Shown: piece by piece, positions 1 through 8,031 of the stretch | How positions within the stretch are numbered: position 1 is the stretch's first letter | Layout: each line of letters begins with the position of its first letter | Source: a virus | Lineage: Duplodnaviria > Caudoviricetes | Direction: 5' to 3' (one strand) | Length of the DNA stretch: 35,917 nucleotides | Virus record (IMG/VR): IMGVR_UViG_3300032224_000176 | Coordinates: 1-35,917 of that record | Position numbers and translations under genes: made by a program | Notes under the pieces: generated by a model | What the model saw: only the letters and a program-made list of their open reading frames with translations | What the model was told of the DNA's origin: nothing | Databases searched by the model: none

Positions 1-44
1 TATAAAGGCGTACAAATTACGAAGCGAAGCATAGGTTGAAGAAC

Positions 45-73
45 TTGACTTATGTGTAACTTTGTGGTATAAT
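45..73 (+). promoter_or_regulatory. sigma70-type promoter for the early operon
   Basis: TTGACT (45-50), 17-nt spacer, TGg-TATAAT extended -10 (68-73). Confidence 0.8.
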
Positions 74-145
74 AAAGGTTGATATGGATAATTGTGTCTG
101 TATCAGCGTAGGCGTAGGTACAAAAACAAAGTGTTACCTGCAAAC

Positions 146-159
146 CTAACAAATGTTAG
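146..159. repeat. 14-bp palindromic site, copy 1
   Basis: CTAACAAATGTTAG between the promoter and the first start codon. Confidence 0.85.
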
Positions 160-186
160 AAATATCAGCGTATTAGAAAGAACATC

Positions 187-1263
187 ATGGCAGAAATCAA
201 TTTCGGTAAATCAATTACCCTCAAGCAAGCGGCTAACCTTATCCGCACAAACCCAACAACTCGGTTCTTGTTACAAGGCGAGCCCGGGATTGGGAAGTCT
301 TCCCTACTAGAGAATATTGCCGACTCCCTCGGCTATGAGTATGCGTACATAGACGTACCCAACATGGACTTGGGCGACATAGCAATGCCTGTGATCGACC
401 ACGACACCAAGACCACACGCTATTATCCCAATGCACGATTCAAGATTCACGAGAAGAAACCATTGGTCATCATGCTCGACGAGTTCACGAAGGGTGCAGA
501 CCCCGTGAAGAATATGCTTCACCCCATGCTTGAGAAGGCAAACCCACGACTCGGTGACATACCACTAAACGAACCAAACAATCCACCGACTATCGTGTTT
601 TTGACTGGTAATCTAACGACCGATGGCGTGGGCGACTCCCTCAAAGCACATAGCCGTAACCGACTGGTTCCGGTGACGATTGCCAAACCCGATGCCGAGC
701 AGTGGATTGAGTGGGCTATTGGTAAGGGACTCGAACCCGAGGTAATTGCATGGGTGAATCGTTTTCCTCACGTATTGGCAAGCTATACCGATGCGGCACA
801 GGGCGACAACCCATACATCTACAACCCACGTAAAGCTCAGCATGCTTTCGTATCCCCACGCTCATTGGAGACAGCGAGCAATATCGTACGGACTCGCAAG
901 GACAACGACCCTGATTCGGTGATTGCCGCATTGACTGGTGCGATTGGTGAATCGGGTGCGCGTGATATGCAAGCGTACATTGAGTTCTCAGATCAACTGC
1001 CCACATGGGAGGCGACTATCAAAGAGCCAAAGACTACGACAGTACCTACAAGTCCGGGTGCATGCGCCATTGTGGTGTTCGGTGCTATCGCTCGGATTAC
1101 GAAGGAAACCATTAGCCCATTCATGGAGTATCTGTCTCGATTCGATGCCGAATGGCAAGCCGTGTTCGCTATCAACATTGCCAAGAACCCCGCTAAACAA
1201 TCCATCGCTTTCTCAAGCAGTGCGTTCAAGGACTGGGTTGTTAAGAACCAAGACCTACTCTGA
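187..1263 (+). CDS. MoxR-like AAA+ ATPase
   Basis: Walker A GEPGIGKS, Walker B VIMLDEF, sensor LTGN, SRNRL arginine-finger region, SPRS sensor-2; VWA gene just downstream. Confidence 0.85.
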   Translation: MAEINFGKSITLKQAANLIRTNPTTRFLLQGEPGIGKSSLLENIADSLGYEYAYIDVPNMDLGDIAMPVIDHDTKTTRYYPNARFKIHEKKPLVIMLDEFTKGADPVKNMLHPMLEKANPRLGDIPLNEPNNPPTIVFLTGNLTTDGVGDSLKAHSRNRLVPVTIAKPDAEQWIEWAIGKGLEPEVIAWVNRFPHVLASYTDAAQGDNPYIYNPRKAQHAFVSPRSLETASNIVRTRKDNDPDSVIAALTGAIGESGARDMQAYIEFSDQLPTWEATIKEPKTTTVPTSPGACAIVVFGAIARITKETISPFMEYLSRFDAEWQAVFAINIAKNPAKQSIAFSSSAFKDWVVKNQDLL

Positions 1264-1268
1264 GATAC

Positions 1269-1282
1269 CTAACAAATGTTAG
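1269..1282. repeat. 14-bp palindromic site, copy 2
   Basis: CTAACAAATGTTAG, contains the ATG of ORF 1276. Confidence 0.85.
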
Positions 1283-1476
1283 AAACAGATCGCAAGTTCC
1301 TGCGGTACATCGTGAGGTGGAGAACCGAGCATGACAAGACAGAGAGTGGTGCGGCACAAATACGAGTTATAGGTTACTGCGTATACGACAGAAAAGACTG
1401 CAAGACTTTGTTTGAACATGCCGACAGACAAGTTTGTGAGAAGGTATTAGAAATGATGTTAAACGATGAAAGGTAA
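1276..1476 (+). CDS. hypothetical protein (66 aa)
   Basis: Fills the gap between the ATPase and VWA genes; flanked on both sides by the palindrome. Confidence 0.65.
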   Translation: MLETDRKFLRYIVRWRTEHDKTESGAAQIRVIGYCVYDRKDCKTLFEHADRQVCEKVLEMMLNDER

Positions 1477-1486
1477 CAAATGTTAG
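1473..1486. repeat. 14-bp palindromic site, copy 3
   Basis: GTAACAAATGTTAG, contains the TAA of ORF 1276 and the ATG of ORF 1480. Confidence 0.8.
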
Positions 1487-2685
1487 AAGAAAGAAAAGTT
1501 CAGAAAGCTAAGATCACATTGATGCGTGACCCGAGGTTTGCCCTTTGGTCTGGTATCTTGATGGTTGGTCGTACGAGTGTAGTGGACAACATTCCAACTG
1601 CATGCACCAACGGCAGAGACGAGAAGTATGGTCGCAAGTTTGTGACTATGCTCAAAGAGCCTGAGTTGAATTTCGTGGTACTCCATGAGAATCTGCACAA
1701 GGCATTTCGTCACATGACCACATGGAAGAAACTCCATGACGAGAACCATTCGCTGGCTAATGCCGCCTGTGACTACGTGATTAACCTCAAGCTCAAAGAC
1801 CTCGACCCAAGCGAGCGAACTATTGCCATGCCCAAATGGGCTGATGGTGAACTCAAGGGTAAACCCATGGGTTTGGTGGATGAGCGTTTTCGTGGCATGA
1901 ACGCCAAGCAAGTGTTCGACCTACTCAAAGATGAGCAAAAGGATGATGGCAGCGGAAAAGGCGAAGGCGGTGAAGGCTTTGACGACCACGATTGGGATGG
2001 TGCAAAGGATATGACCGAGGAGGAGAAGAAGGTTCTCGAGCGTGAGATAGATCAGGCTATTCGCCAAGGTGTAATGGCGCACCAAAAAATAGCGGGAACT
2101 GGCGCAGGAGAGCTAGACCGAGACTTACTCGACTTACTTGAGCCAAAGGTTGACTGGCGTGAGATGTTGCGTGAGTTCGTGAAATCCACATGCCATGCAA
2201 AAGATACGTCATCGTGGCGTAGGGTGAATCGTAGGTTCTTGTCTGCGGGTACGTACATGCCTAGCCTCATCGGTGAGAAGGTTGGTCACTTGGTTGTGGC
2301 TGTGGATACGTCAGGTTCGGTTGGGCAAGAAGAGCTGTCAGGCTTTCTAACAGAAGTTAGGGGTATCGCAGAAGAAGTTAAGCCGAGCCAAGTGGACTTA
2401 ATCTATTGGGATAGCCACGTAGCCGCACACGAGGAATACACGGAGGGCATGGTGGGTGACATCATCAACTCTACTAAACCTAAAGGTGGCGGAGGTACAT
2501 CTCCATCATGTGTATCAGCGTATCTGAAAGAAAAGCAAATCAAACCCGAGTGCATCATCGTATTGACCGATGGGTACGTGGGTAACGATTGGGGTAGTGA
2601 CTGGACTGCGCCTGTACTGTGGGCGATTGTAGGTGGGAACGATTGTGTTGCCGACAACGGCAAAACGATTCATGTTAAAGATTAA
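1480..2685 (+). CDS. putative metallopeptidase + VWA domain protein (DUF2201-like)
   Basis: N-terminal HExxH (LHENLHKAFRH) with NAACDYVIN; C-terminal MIDAS motif VAVDTSGS, GGGGT, IVLTDG. Confidence 0.85.
   Translation: MLEERKVQKAKITLMRDPRFALWSGILMVGRTSVVDNIPTACTNGRDEKYGRKFVTMLKEPELNFVVLHENLHKAFRHMTTWKKLHDENHSLANAACDYVINLKLKDLDPSERTIAMPKWADGELKGKPMGLVDERFRGMNAKQVFDLLKDEQKDDGSGKGEGGEGFDDHDWDGAKDMTEEEKKVLEREIDQAIRQGVMAHQKIAGTGAGELDRDLLDLLEPKVDWREMLREFVKSTCHAKDTSSWRRVNRRFLSAGTYMPSLIGEKVGHLVVAVDTSGSVGQEELSGFLTEVRGIAEEVKPSQVDLIYWDSHVAAHEEYTEGMVGDIINSTKPKGGGGTSPSCVSAYLKEKQIKPECIIVLTDGYVGNDWGSDWTAPVLWAIVGGNDCVADNGKTIHVKD
2347..2360. repeat. 14-bp palindromic site, copy 4 (intragenic)
   Basis: CTAACAGAAGTTAG, read in frame as LTEVR. 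Confidence 0.75.
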
Positions 2686-2700
2686 CCAAGGAGAAATGAA

Positions 2701-3549
2701 ATGAGTATTAGTGCATCAGCAGTGTTAGTGGAATTGAACATCAGCGTTTGGCCCGCATCAAAGATTGACCGAGAGATCACGAGCCAAGTCAATGCAAATG
2801 CGTCGGCACACAAGGATGCCTCGCAGACCAAGAAGAATCTGTTTGCAGGTACAAGCCTACGAGCAGACATTGAGAAGTTCGCCGCAAGGGTACGACTCTA
2901 TAACAATCAGCACACCTTACCTTGGGCTGACAAAGGCGAGCGCATGTTGCCGACTAAGTTGTTCATGGATTACAAGCAGACCATGAATGGCTACGAGCGT
3001 ACGTTCAATATGTTGTGCGATAACTTCTTTGATGAGTACGAGACATTGGTGGAGGAGGCCAAGGTCAATCTCGGTACGCTCTACAAAGCAGAGGACTACC
3101 CCGAGCTAACAGAAGTTAGGAAGAAGTTCAGCTTTAGACGTAGCGTAAAACCTTTGCCCGAGGCTGGTGACTTTCGCTTAGATATTCCTGCGCATGACTT
3201 GGAGGAAATGAGATCGGCTTACGAGATTCAGTATTCGGAGAAGCTGGCCGATGCGATGCGTACACCATGGGAGCGTCTGCACGAAGTTCTCTTAAGTATG
3301 TCCAAGAAGTTGGAAGACTCAGGTGACGGGAAAAAGCGATATCACGACTCATTGATTAGCAACCCACTGGAGTTGTGCGAGCTATTGACAAAACTAAATG
3401 TCACTAACGACCCCAAGTTAGAGGATGCACGTAGGCAAGTAGAGCTAGCCATGCTTGGTGCTGACATTGATGAGGTCAAAGAGGATGCGTTGGTGCGTGA
3501 GAATCTGAAGTCCAAGGTCGATGCGATCTTGGGTAAGTTCGAGTGGTAA
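2701..3549 (+). CDS. conserved phage protein, possibly DUF3150-like
   Basis: 282-aa ORF with AAGGAG RBS; helical; motifs TLPW and EDYP...KKFSF; family call from recalled similarity and position next to MoxR/VWA. Confidence 0.55.
   Translation: MSISASAVLVELNISVWPASKIDREITSQVNANASAHKDASQTKKNLFAGTSLRADIEKFAARVRLYNNQHTLPWADKGERMLPTKLFMDYKQTMNGYERTFNMLCDNFFDEYETLVEEAKVNLGTLYKAEDYPELTEVRKKFSFRRSVKPLPEAGDFRLDIPAHDLEEMRSAYEIQYSEKLADAMRTPWERLHEVLLSMSKKLEDSGDGKKRYHDSLISNPLELCELLTKLNVTNDPKLEDARRQVELAMLGADIDEVKEDALVRENLKSKVDAILGKFEW
3106..3119. repeat. 14-bp palindromic site, copy 5 (intragenic)
   Basis: CTAACAGAAGTTAG, again read in frame as LTEVR. Confidence 0.75.
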
Positions 3550-3562
3550 TAACATTTGTTAG
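3549..3562. repeat. 14-bp palindromic site, copy 6
   Basis: ATAACATTTGTTAG at a gene junction; overlaps the AGGAG RBS of ORF 3575. Confidence 0.8.
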
Positions 3563-3574
3563 GAGTAACTGAAT

Positions 3575-4441
3575 ATGACTATGAATACATTGAGCTTTAG
3601 CAACGTAGTGATGAGCGAAGACCTAAAGAAGTCTTTCGACAAAGAAGGGCTGAAGATGGGTGGCGTGTATGGGATGCTAGACCCTGTGGTTAGCCGACTG
3701 GCTTCTTTGAATCCATTGTGGACTTTTGTTATTGTTAACAGTACGCACGACAGTGGAACTAGCCGAAAGGCATCGGGGTTTGTTGTCAAGCTAGATGGTG
3801 AGGAGTTGGGCGCTATTGGCATGTCTTACATGGGGCAGAAGGGTAAAGTTATCGCTATCACCAACGATCGTATTGGTAAGGGTCGGCAACGTAGCAACTC
3901 GTATCGTACTAGTGACGCAGACAAAGCCGTACTCATGGCTAAGAAGATGTTCGGCAAGATGAATCCCAACGAGCGTATCAACAAAGCTAAGGATGCGGCA
4001 GAACGTGTAGTGACTCGGGCTAGCTGGAACAAAGAACGTGAGCGCACTAACAGTCAATCCAAGGTACAGAGCGAGCTATTACTGTGGGCGCTAGGTAAGG
4101 GTAATGCTATGTTTCTCGAATACATAGAGAAAGAAGCGCACCCACAGGTCAAACAAAGTGTTCTCACTAACATGGAGAAGGTAAACGCACTCGACATAGA
4201 GATGAAGACTATCGAGAAAGTTCAGAAGGACTTTGGCGACAGTAAGACTGCGCTAGTAGTCAAAGACTTGGGTAACTACCTAGTTAAAATAGGTGACAAA
4301 GTAGATTTATATGAGGATAATACGCTCCCCCAAGATATATGTATGAAGATGGGCATGCTCAAGTTGGTACAAGACGAAGAGTATCTCACCGACATAGGTT
4401 GCCGAGTGACGAGTGAGATTTTTGTGTTATTGATGGACTAA
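3575..4441 (+). CDS. hypothetical protein (288 aa)
   Basis: Long ORF with AGGAG RBS, co-oriented in the operon; no motif recognised. Confidence 0.8.
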   Translation: MTMNTLSFSNVVMSEDLKKSFDKEGLKMGGVYGMLDPVVSRLASLNPLWTFVIVNSTHDSGTSRKASGFVVKLDGEELGAIGMSYMGQKGKVIAITNDRIGKGRQRSNSYRTSDADKAVLMAKKMFGKMNPNERINKAKDAAERVVTRASWNKERERTNSQSKVQSELLLWALGKGNAMFLEYIEKEAHPQVKQSVLTNMEKVNALDIEMKTIEKVQKDFGDSKTALVVKDLGNYLVKIGDKVDLYEDNTLPQDICMKMGMLKLVQDEEYLTDIGCRVTSEIFVLLMD

Positions 4442-4451
4442 CAAATGTTAG
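4438..4451. repeat. 14-bp palindromic site, copy 7
   Basis: CTAACAAATGTTAG containing the stop of ORF 3575 and an ATG in frame with the next ORF. Confidence 0.85.
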
Positions 4452-4465
4452 AAAAGGAGAAAGAA

Positions 4466-4618
4466 ATGGAAGAGTTGAAATACAGTTCGAAGGCGATGCC
4501 GACTCGGTTGTGTACAGACCCGAAGTTCAAGTATCGCAATGCTTCACAAACAGACGTACGTAAAACGTGGCGTAAAGCTAGGTTGATTATGTTCATGCAA
4601 AAGGGAGACAGCAAATGA
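4466..4618 (+). CDS. small hypothetical protein (50 aa; alternative start 4445)
   Basis: Not in ORF track; AAGGAG RBS; MEELKYSSKAMPTRLCTDPKFKYRNASQTDVRKTWRKARL...; ATGA overlap with next ORF. Confidence 0.7.
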   Translation: MEELKYSSKAMPTRLCTDPKFKYRNASQTDVRKTWRKARLIMFMQKGDSK

Positions 4619-4794
4619 AAGCCATACTTGAATTCACATACCCACAAGATGAGCCAAAGCTTAAGCATGCGTTGCAAGGTGAGAAGTATTACCTTACGTT
4701 GGTTGAAATTGATAGGGCGATAGCCGGAGGTGGAAACCCCGAGCTTTTATTAGATCTTATCCAAGAGGTAACTTTGAAGGCATTACACGAATGA
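4615..4794 (+). CDS. small hypothetical protein (59 aa)
   Basis: Not in ORF track; GGGAG RBS; MKAILEFTYPQDEPKLKHALQGEKYY...; ATGA overlaps at both ends. Confidence 0.7.
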   Translation: MKAILEFTYPQDEPKLKHALQGEKYYLTLVEIDRAIAGGGNPELLLDLIQEVTLKALHE

Positions 4795-4943
4795 AATGCC
4801 CACTATGCAACGCCCCAACAGATATTAAAGAAACACGAGTAACTGATAAGGGATACGTTAGGCGTAGGGAGTGTTTTAACAATCACACGTTCAAGACTGT
4901 GGAGACAGTATTGACTGAGCCAAAAGAAAAGGGGAGCAGATGA
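4791..4943 (+). CDS. small zinc-ribbon protein, NrdR N-terminal-like (50 aa)
   Basis: Not in ORF track; MKCPLC...ETR...RRRECFNNHTFKTVE; ATGA overlaps at both ends. Confidence 0.75.
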   Translation: MKCPLCNAPTDIKETRVTDKGYVRRRECFNNHTFKTVETVLTEPKEKGSR

Positions 4944-5149
4944 CAACAGGAATTGAAGAGTTGAAGTTAGATAAAAAACGCAGGGGGCGAGGTGTTGGTA
5001 AGAAGCCCGCCCTATTCTGCACGAGCTTGCGTGTACCAAAGGAGGTGATGGATTACTTCAATACCCACCATGCGTATACAAAGCAAGCCAAGATGAGAGA
5101 AATTCTTACCGAGTACGTTAAAACCCAAACAGGAGAAAACCATGATTGA
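4940..5149 (+). CDS. ribbon-helix-helix / BrnA-antitoxin-like DNA-binding protein
   Basis: RGRG...K, SLRVPKEVMDYF and QAKMREILTEY pattern; GGGGAG RBS. Confidence 0.6.
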   Translation: MTTGIEELKLDKKRRGRGVGKKPALFCTSLRVPKEVMDYFNTHHAYTKQAKMREILTEYVKTQTGENHD

Positions 5150-5696
5150 ATTAGCAACAACAGAAAAAAAGCAAACCAAAGCCGCACGAGTGCGTGAGTA
5201 CGTAGCCAAGAACCCAAAGGCGAGTACGGAGGACATAGCCAATGCTACCGGCGCTACTGACAAGTACGTGTACTCAGTTATGTGGAACGCAAAGCAAGCT
5301 AGGAAGAAAGCCGGAGGTATGGCGAAGAAGAAAGCTCTGACCAATAAGAGCAAGAATGATTGGAGACAGTTGGGTTTGTTTAGCTCTAACACTCCAGTTT
5401 ACGATGCCACAGACCTTTTTACTTATGAGGACTCAGTTCCACATATGACACCCGAACGCCTTGCCGAATTAACTTATGCAGTATCAATGGGCGATCAAGC
5501 CGACCCGGTCAACAGCCCTACTCATTACAGCGTAGGTGGAATAGAGACGATTGACTTCATTGAAGCCAAGAAACTTAACTACCGACTCGGCAACGTGGTG
5601 AAGTACCTGACACGTGCCGACCACAAAGGCAACAAGTTGGAAGACTTGAAGAAAGCCCAATGGTATCTTGAGCGTGAGATCGAGAGCCTGTCCTAA
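5142..5696 (+). CDS. DUF3310 domain protein with N-terminal HTH-like region
   Basis: C-terminal DPVNSPTHY...IETIDFI...GNVVKYLTRADHKG...EDLKKAQWYL; N-terminal STEDIANATGATDKYVYSV. Confidence 0.8.
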   Translation: MIELATTEKKQTKAARVREYVAKNPKASTEDIANATGATDKYVYSVMWNAKQARKKAGGMAKKKALTNKSKNDWRQLGLFSSNTPVYDATDLFTYEDSVPHMTPERLAELTYAVSMGDQADPVNSPTHYSVGGIETIDFIEAKKLNYRLGNVVKYLTRADHKGNKLEDLKKAQWYLEREIESLS

Positions 5697-5706
5697 CATT
5701 TGTTAG
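5693..5706. repeat. 14-bp palindromic site, copy 8
   Basis: CTAACATTTGTTAG containing the stop of ORF 5142. Confidence 0.85.
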
Positions 5707-5723
5707 AAGTTAGGGTAACCACT

Positions 5724-5747
5724 AGCCACCTTCGGGTGGCTTTTTTT
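5724..5747 (+). terminator. rho-independent terminator ending the early operon
   Basis: GCCACC-TTCG-GGTGGC stem-loop followed by T7. Confidence 0.9.
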
Positions 5748-5758
5748 CGTCTGTACTA

Positions 5759-5786
5759 TTGACAAAGTAAAACGCTGTGCTATCAT
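5759..5786 (+). promoter_or_regulatory. sigma70-type promoter for the replication operon
   Basis: TTGACA, 16-nt spacer, TGc-TATCAT; directly after the terminator. Confidence 0.7.
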
Positions 5787-5814
5787 CTAGTTTGAAAAAT
5801 AACTGGAGTGTTAG

Positions 5815-6120
5815 ATGGCGACCACACCTGAAGCCAAGGTCAAAGCAAAGATCAAGGCAATCCTCAAAGCCCACAACGTCTACTACGCTATGCCCATCGG
5901 CACAGGCTACGGCAACAGTGGCGTCCCCGATTTTCTCTGTTGCGTCAACGGCAAGTTCCTAGCGATCGAAGCCAAAGCGGGTAAGGGCAAGGTTACTGCG
6001 CTACAACACAAAAATCTAATCGAGATACAAGACGCGGGGGGCATAACCCTAGTTCTTAATGAGGAGAGCTTTAATCTACGCCCATCCCCCCTTGAGTTTG
6101 TATTGAAAGAGCTTGCATGA
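5815..6120 (+). CDS. VRR-NUC domain endonuclease (putative junction resolvase)
   Basis: TPEAKVK, GVPDFL, FLAIEAK and TALQ motifs; GGAG RBS. Confidence 0.85.
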   Translation: MATTPEAKVKAKIKAILKAHNVYYAMPIGTGYGNSGVPDFLCCVNGKFLAIEAKAGKGKVTALQHKNLIEIQDAGGITLVLNEESFNLRPSPLEFVLKELA

Positions 6121-7934
6121 ACATACTAACGATTGACTTTGAGACATATTATTCTCGGGAGTTCAGCCTAACAAAAGTTACCACGGAGGAATACATTCGT
6201 AGCCCCGAGTTTGAAGTTATTGGCGTAGCTGTGCAGGTGAACGATGGAAAGCCCGAGTGGTTTAGTGGCGATGCTGAATCCATGCACCAGTTCCTTACCC
6301 GATTTGATTGGGGGAATTCCTTGGCGCTAGCCCACAATGCCCCGTTTGATGGTGCAATTTTGCAATGGGTCTACGGACTTAGCCCCAAGGGTTGGCTTGA
6401 TACGTTGTCCATGGGTAGGGCGCTACATGGTACGCAAGTCGGTGGCAGTTTGAAAGTCTTGGCCCAATATTACGAACTAGGTGCAAAGGGTACAGAAGTT
6501 GAGAACGCATTAGGTTTACATCGTGCCGACTTCAGCCCCGAACAGTTAAAACGATATGGCGACTACTGTAAGAATGACGTTGCGCTTACGTGGGAATTGT
6601 TTGGGCAAATGAGTAAGGGTTTCCCCCCTATTGAGTTGCGCCTGATCGACTTGACTGTACGCATGTTCACAGAGCCTGTGTTGCAGTTAGACCAAGCACT
6701 TCTTAAAACCCACTTGATGACTGAAAGAATCCGCAAGGAAGAACTGCTCGAGAACTTTGCCAAAGACGACTTGATGAGCAACCAAAAGTTTGCGGAGGTA
6801 TTGATTGCATTTGGTGTCACCCCGCCGAGTAAGATCAGCCCGACTACCGGCAAAGAAACCTTTGCGTTCTCTAAAACAGACGAAGCGTTCAAGGCTTTGC
6901 TCGAACACGAAGACCCACAAGTTCAAGCGCTAGTAGCCGCAAGGTTGGGAACTAAGTCTACGATCGAAGAGACAAGAACAGCTAGGTTCATGGGGATTGC
7001 TGAACGTGGTGCGCTACCTGTACCCCTGCGCTACTATGCCGCACACACCGGACGTTGGGGCGGTGACGACAAACTGAACCTGCAAAACCTACAACGCAAC
7101 TCACCCCTGAAGAAGGCAATCATTGCCCCGGACGGATACATGATGATCGACTCTGATTCATCACAAATTGAAGCACGTACGCTAGCTTGGCTAGCAGAAC
7201 AAGACGACTTAGTGGAGGCATTTGATCGTGGCGAGGATGTATACAAAATCATGGCTTCGGCTATCTACAGCAAAGATGTATCTGAAATTACAAAGGATGA
7301 AAGGTTCGTCGGAAAGACAACTATCCTTGGCTGTGGGTACGGGATGGGTGCGACCAAGTTCAAGTTACAGCTCAAGAACTTCGGGGTACAAATTGAAGAG
7401 AAAGAAGCTAAGAGAATTATTGATACGTACCGCGCGACATACCCCAAGATTACTGAGTTATGGAAATCTGCTGCGACAGCCCTCAAAGCCATACTTCAGA
7501 ATCAGCAAGCTACGTTAGGTCGAGGCGGTATTTTAAAGATTGATGGTAATGACGGTGTTTTACTTCCCAATAGTTTGTACCTGCGCTATCCCAACCTGCG
7601 TGTAGTAGACAATGAGGAAGGGAAGTCTGAGCTGGTGTACGACACCAAGAAGGGCAAGGCGATGATACCTACACGGATATATGGCGGTAAGGTAATTGAG
7701 AACGTATGTCAAGCCTTGGCTCGGATTGTAATCGGCGAGCAAATGCTAATGGTTGCGAAGAAGTATCGAGTTGTAATGACTGTGCATGATGCGATTGCTT
7801 GCATTGTGCCGACTGAGCAGGTTGAGGCCGCTTTGGAATACGTTGAGATGTGCATGCGTACCCGACCAGATTGGGGCATGGAGTTACCACTTAACTGCGA
7901 AGCAGGAGCAGGAGCAAGCTATGGAGACTGCTAA
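6117..7934 (+). CDS. polA: family A DNA polymerase with 3'-5' exonuclease
   Basis: ExoI DFETY, ExoII AHNAPFD, ExoIII YCKND; TGRWGG...NLQN; motif A DSSQIEAR, motif B RFVGKTTILGCGYG, motif C TVHDA. Confidence 0.95.
   Translation: MNILTIDFETYYSREFSLTKVTTEEYIRSPEFEVIGVAVQVNDGKPEWFSGDAESMHQFLTRFDWGNSLALAHNAPFDGAILQWVYGLSPKGWLDTLSMGRALHGTQVGGSLKVLAQYYELGAKGTEVENALGLHRADFSPEQLKRYGDYCKNDVALTWELFGQMSKGFPPIELRLIDLTVRMFTEPVLQLDQALLKTHLMTERIRKEELLENFAKDDLMSNQKFAEVLIAFGVTPPSKISPTTGKETFAFSKTDEAFKALLEHEDPQVQALVAARLGTKSTIEETRTARFMGIAERGALPVPLRYYAAHTGRWGGDDKLNLQNLQRNSPLKKAIIAPDGYMMIDSDSSQIEARTLAWLAEQDDLVEAFDRGEDVYKIMASAIYSKDVSEITKDERFVGKTTILGCGYGMGATKFKLQLKNFGVQIEEKEAKRIIDTYRATYPKITELWKSAATALKAILQNQQATLGRGGILKIDGNDGVLLPNSLYLRYPNLRVVDNEEGKSELVYDTKKGKAMIPTRIYGGKVIENVCQALARIVIGEQMLMVAKKYRVVMTVHDAIACIVPTEQVEAALEYVEMCMRTRPDWGMELPLNCEAGAGASYGDC
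6168..6181. repeat. 14-bp palindromic site, copy 9 (degenerate, intragenic)
   Basis: CTAACAAAAGTTAC within the 5' end of polA. Confidence 0.5.
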
Positions 7935-8031
7935 AAACGTATGGCCTTTCCCCCCGTTTCCAAACCCCAAGGACAAGGGCAACCGAGTCCCTAAATTCAA
8001 CCCCGATAACCATGAGGATGCACCACTATGA
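7921..8031 (+). CDS. small proline-rich hypothetical protein (36 aa)
   Basis: AGGAG RBS; METAKNVWPFPPFPNPKDKGNRVPKFNPDNHEDAPL; ATGA overlap downstream. Confidence 0.6.
   Translation: METAKNVWPFPPFPNPKDKGNRVPKFNPDNHEDAPL

Noticed and set aside
101-172. Direct repeat TATCAGCGTA at 101-110 and 163-172 flanking palindrome copy 1
   Set aside because: Only 10 bp, with another copy inside a CDS near 2513; insufficient to call a site.
146-6181. CRISPR array interpretation of the palindromic repeats
   Set aside because: Repeats are only 14 bp, irregularly spaced by hundreds of bases and separated by or embedded in genes.
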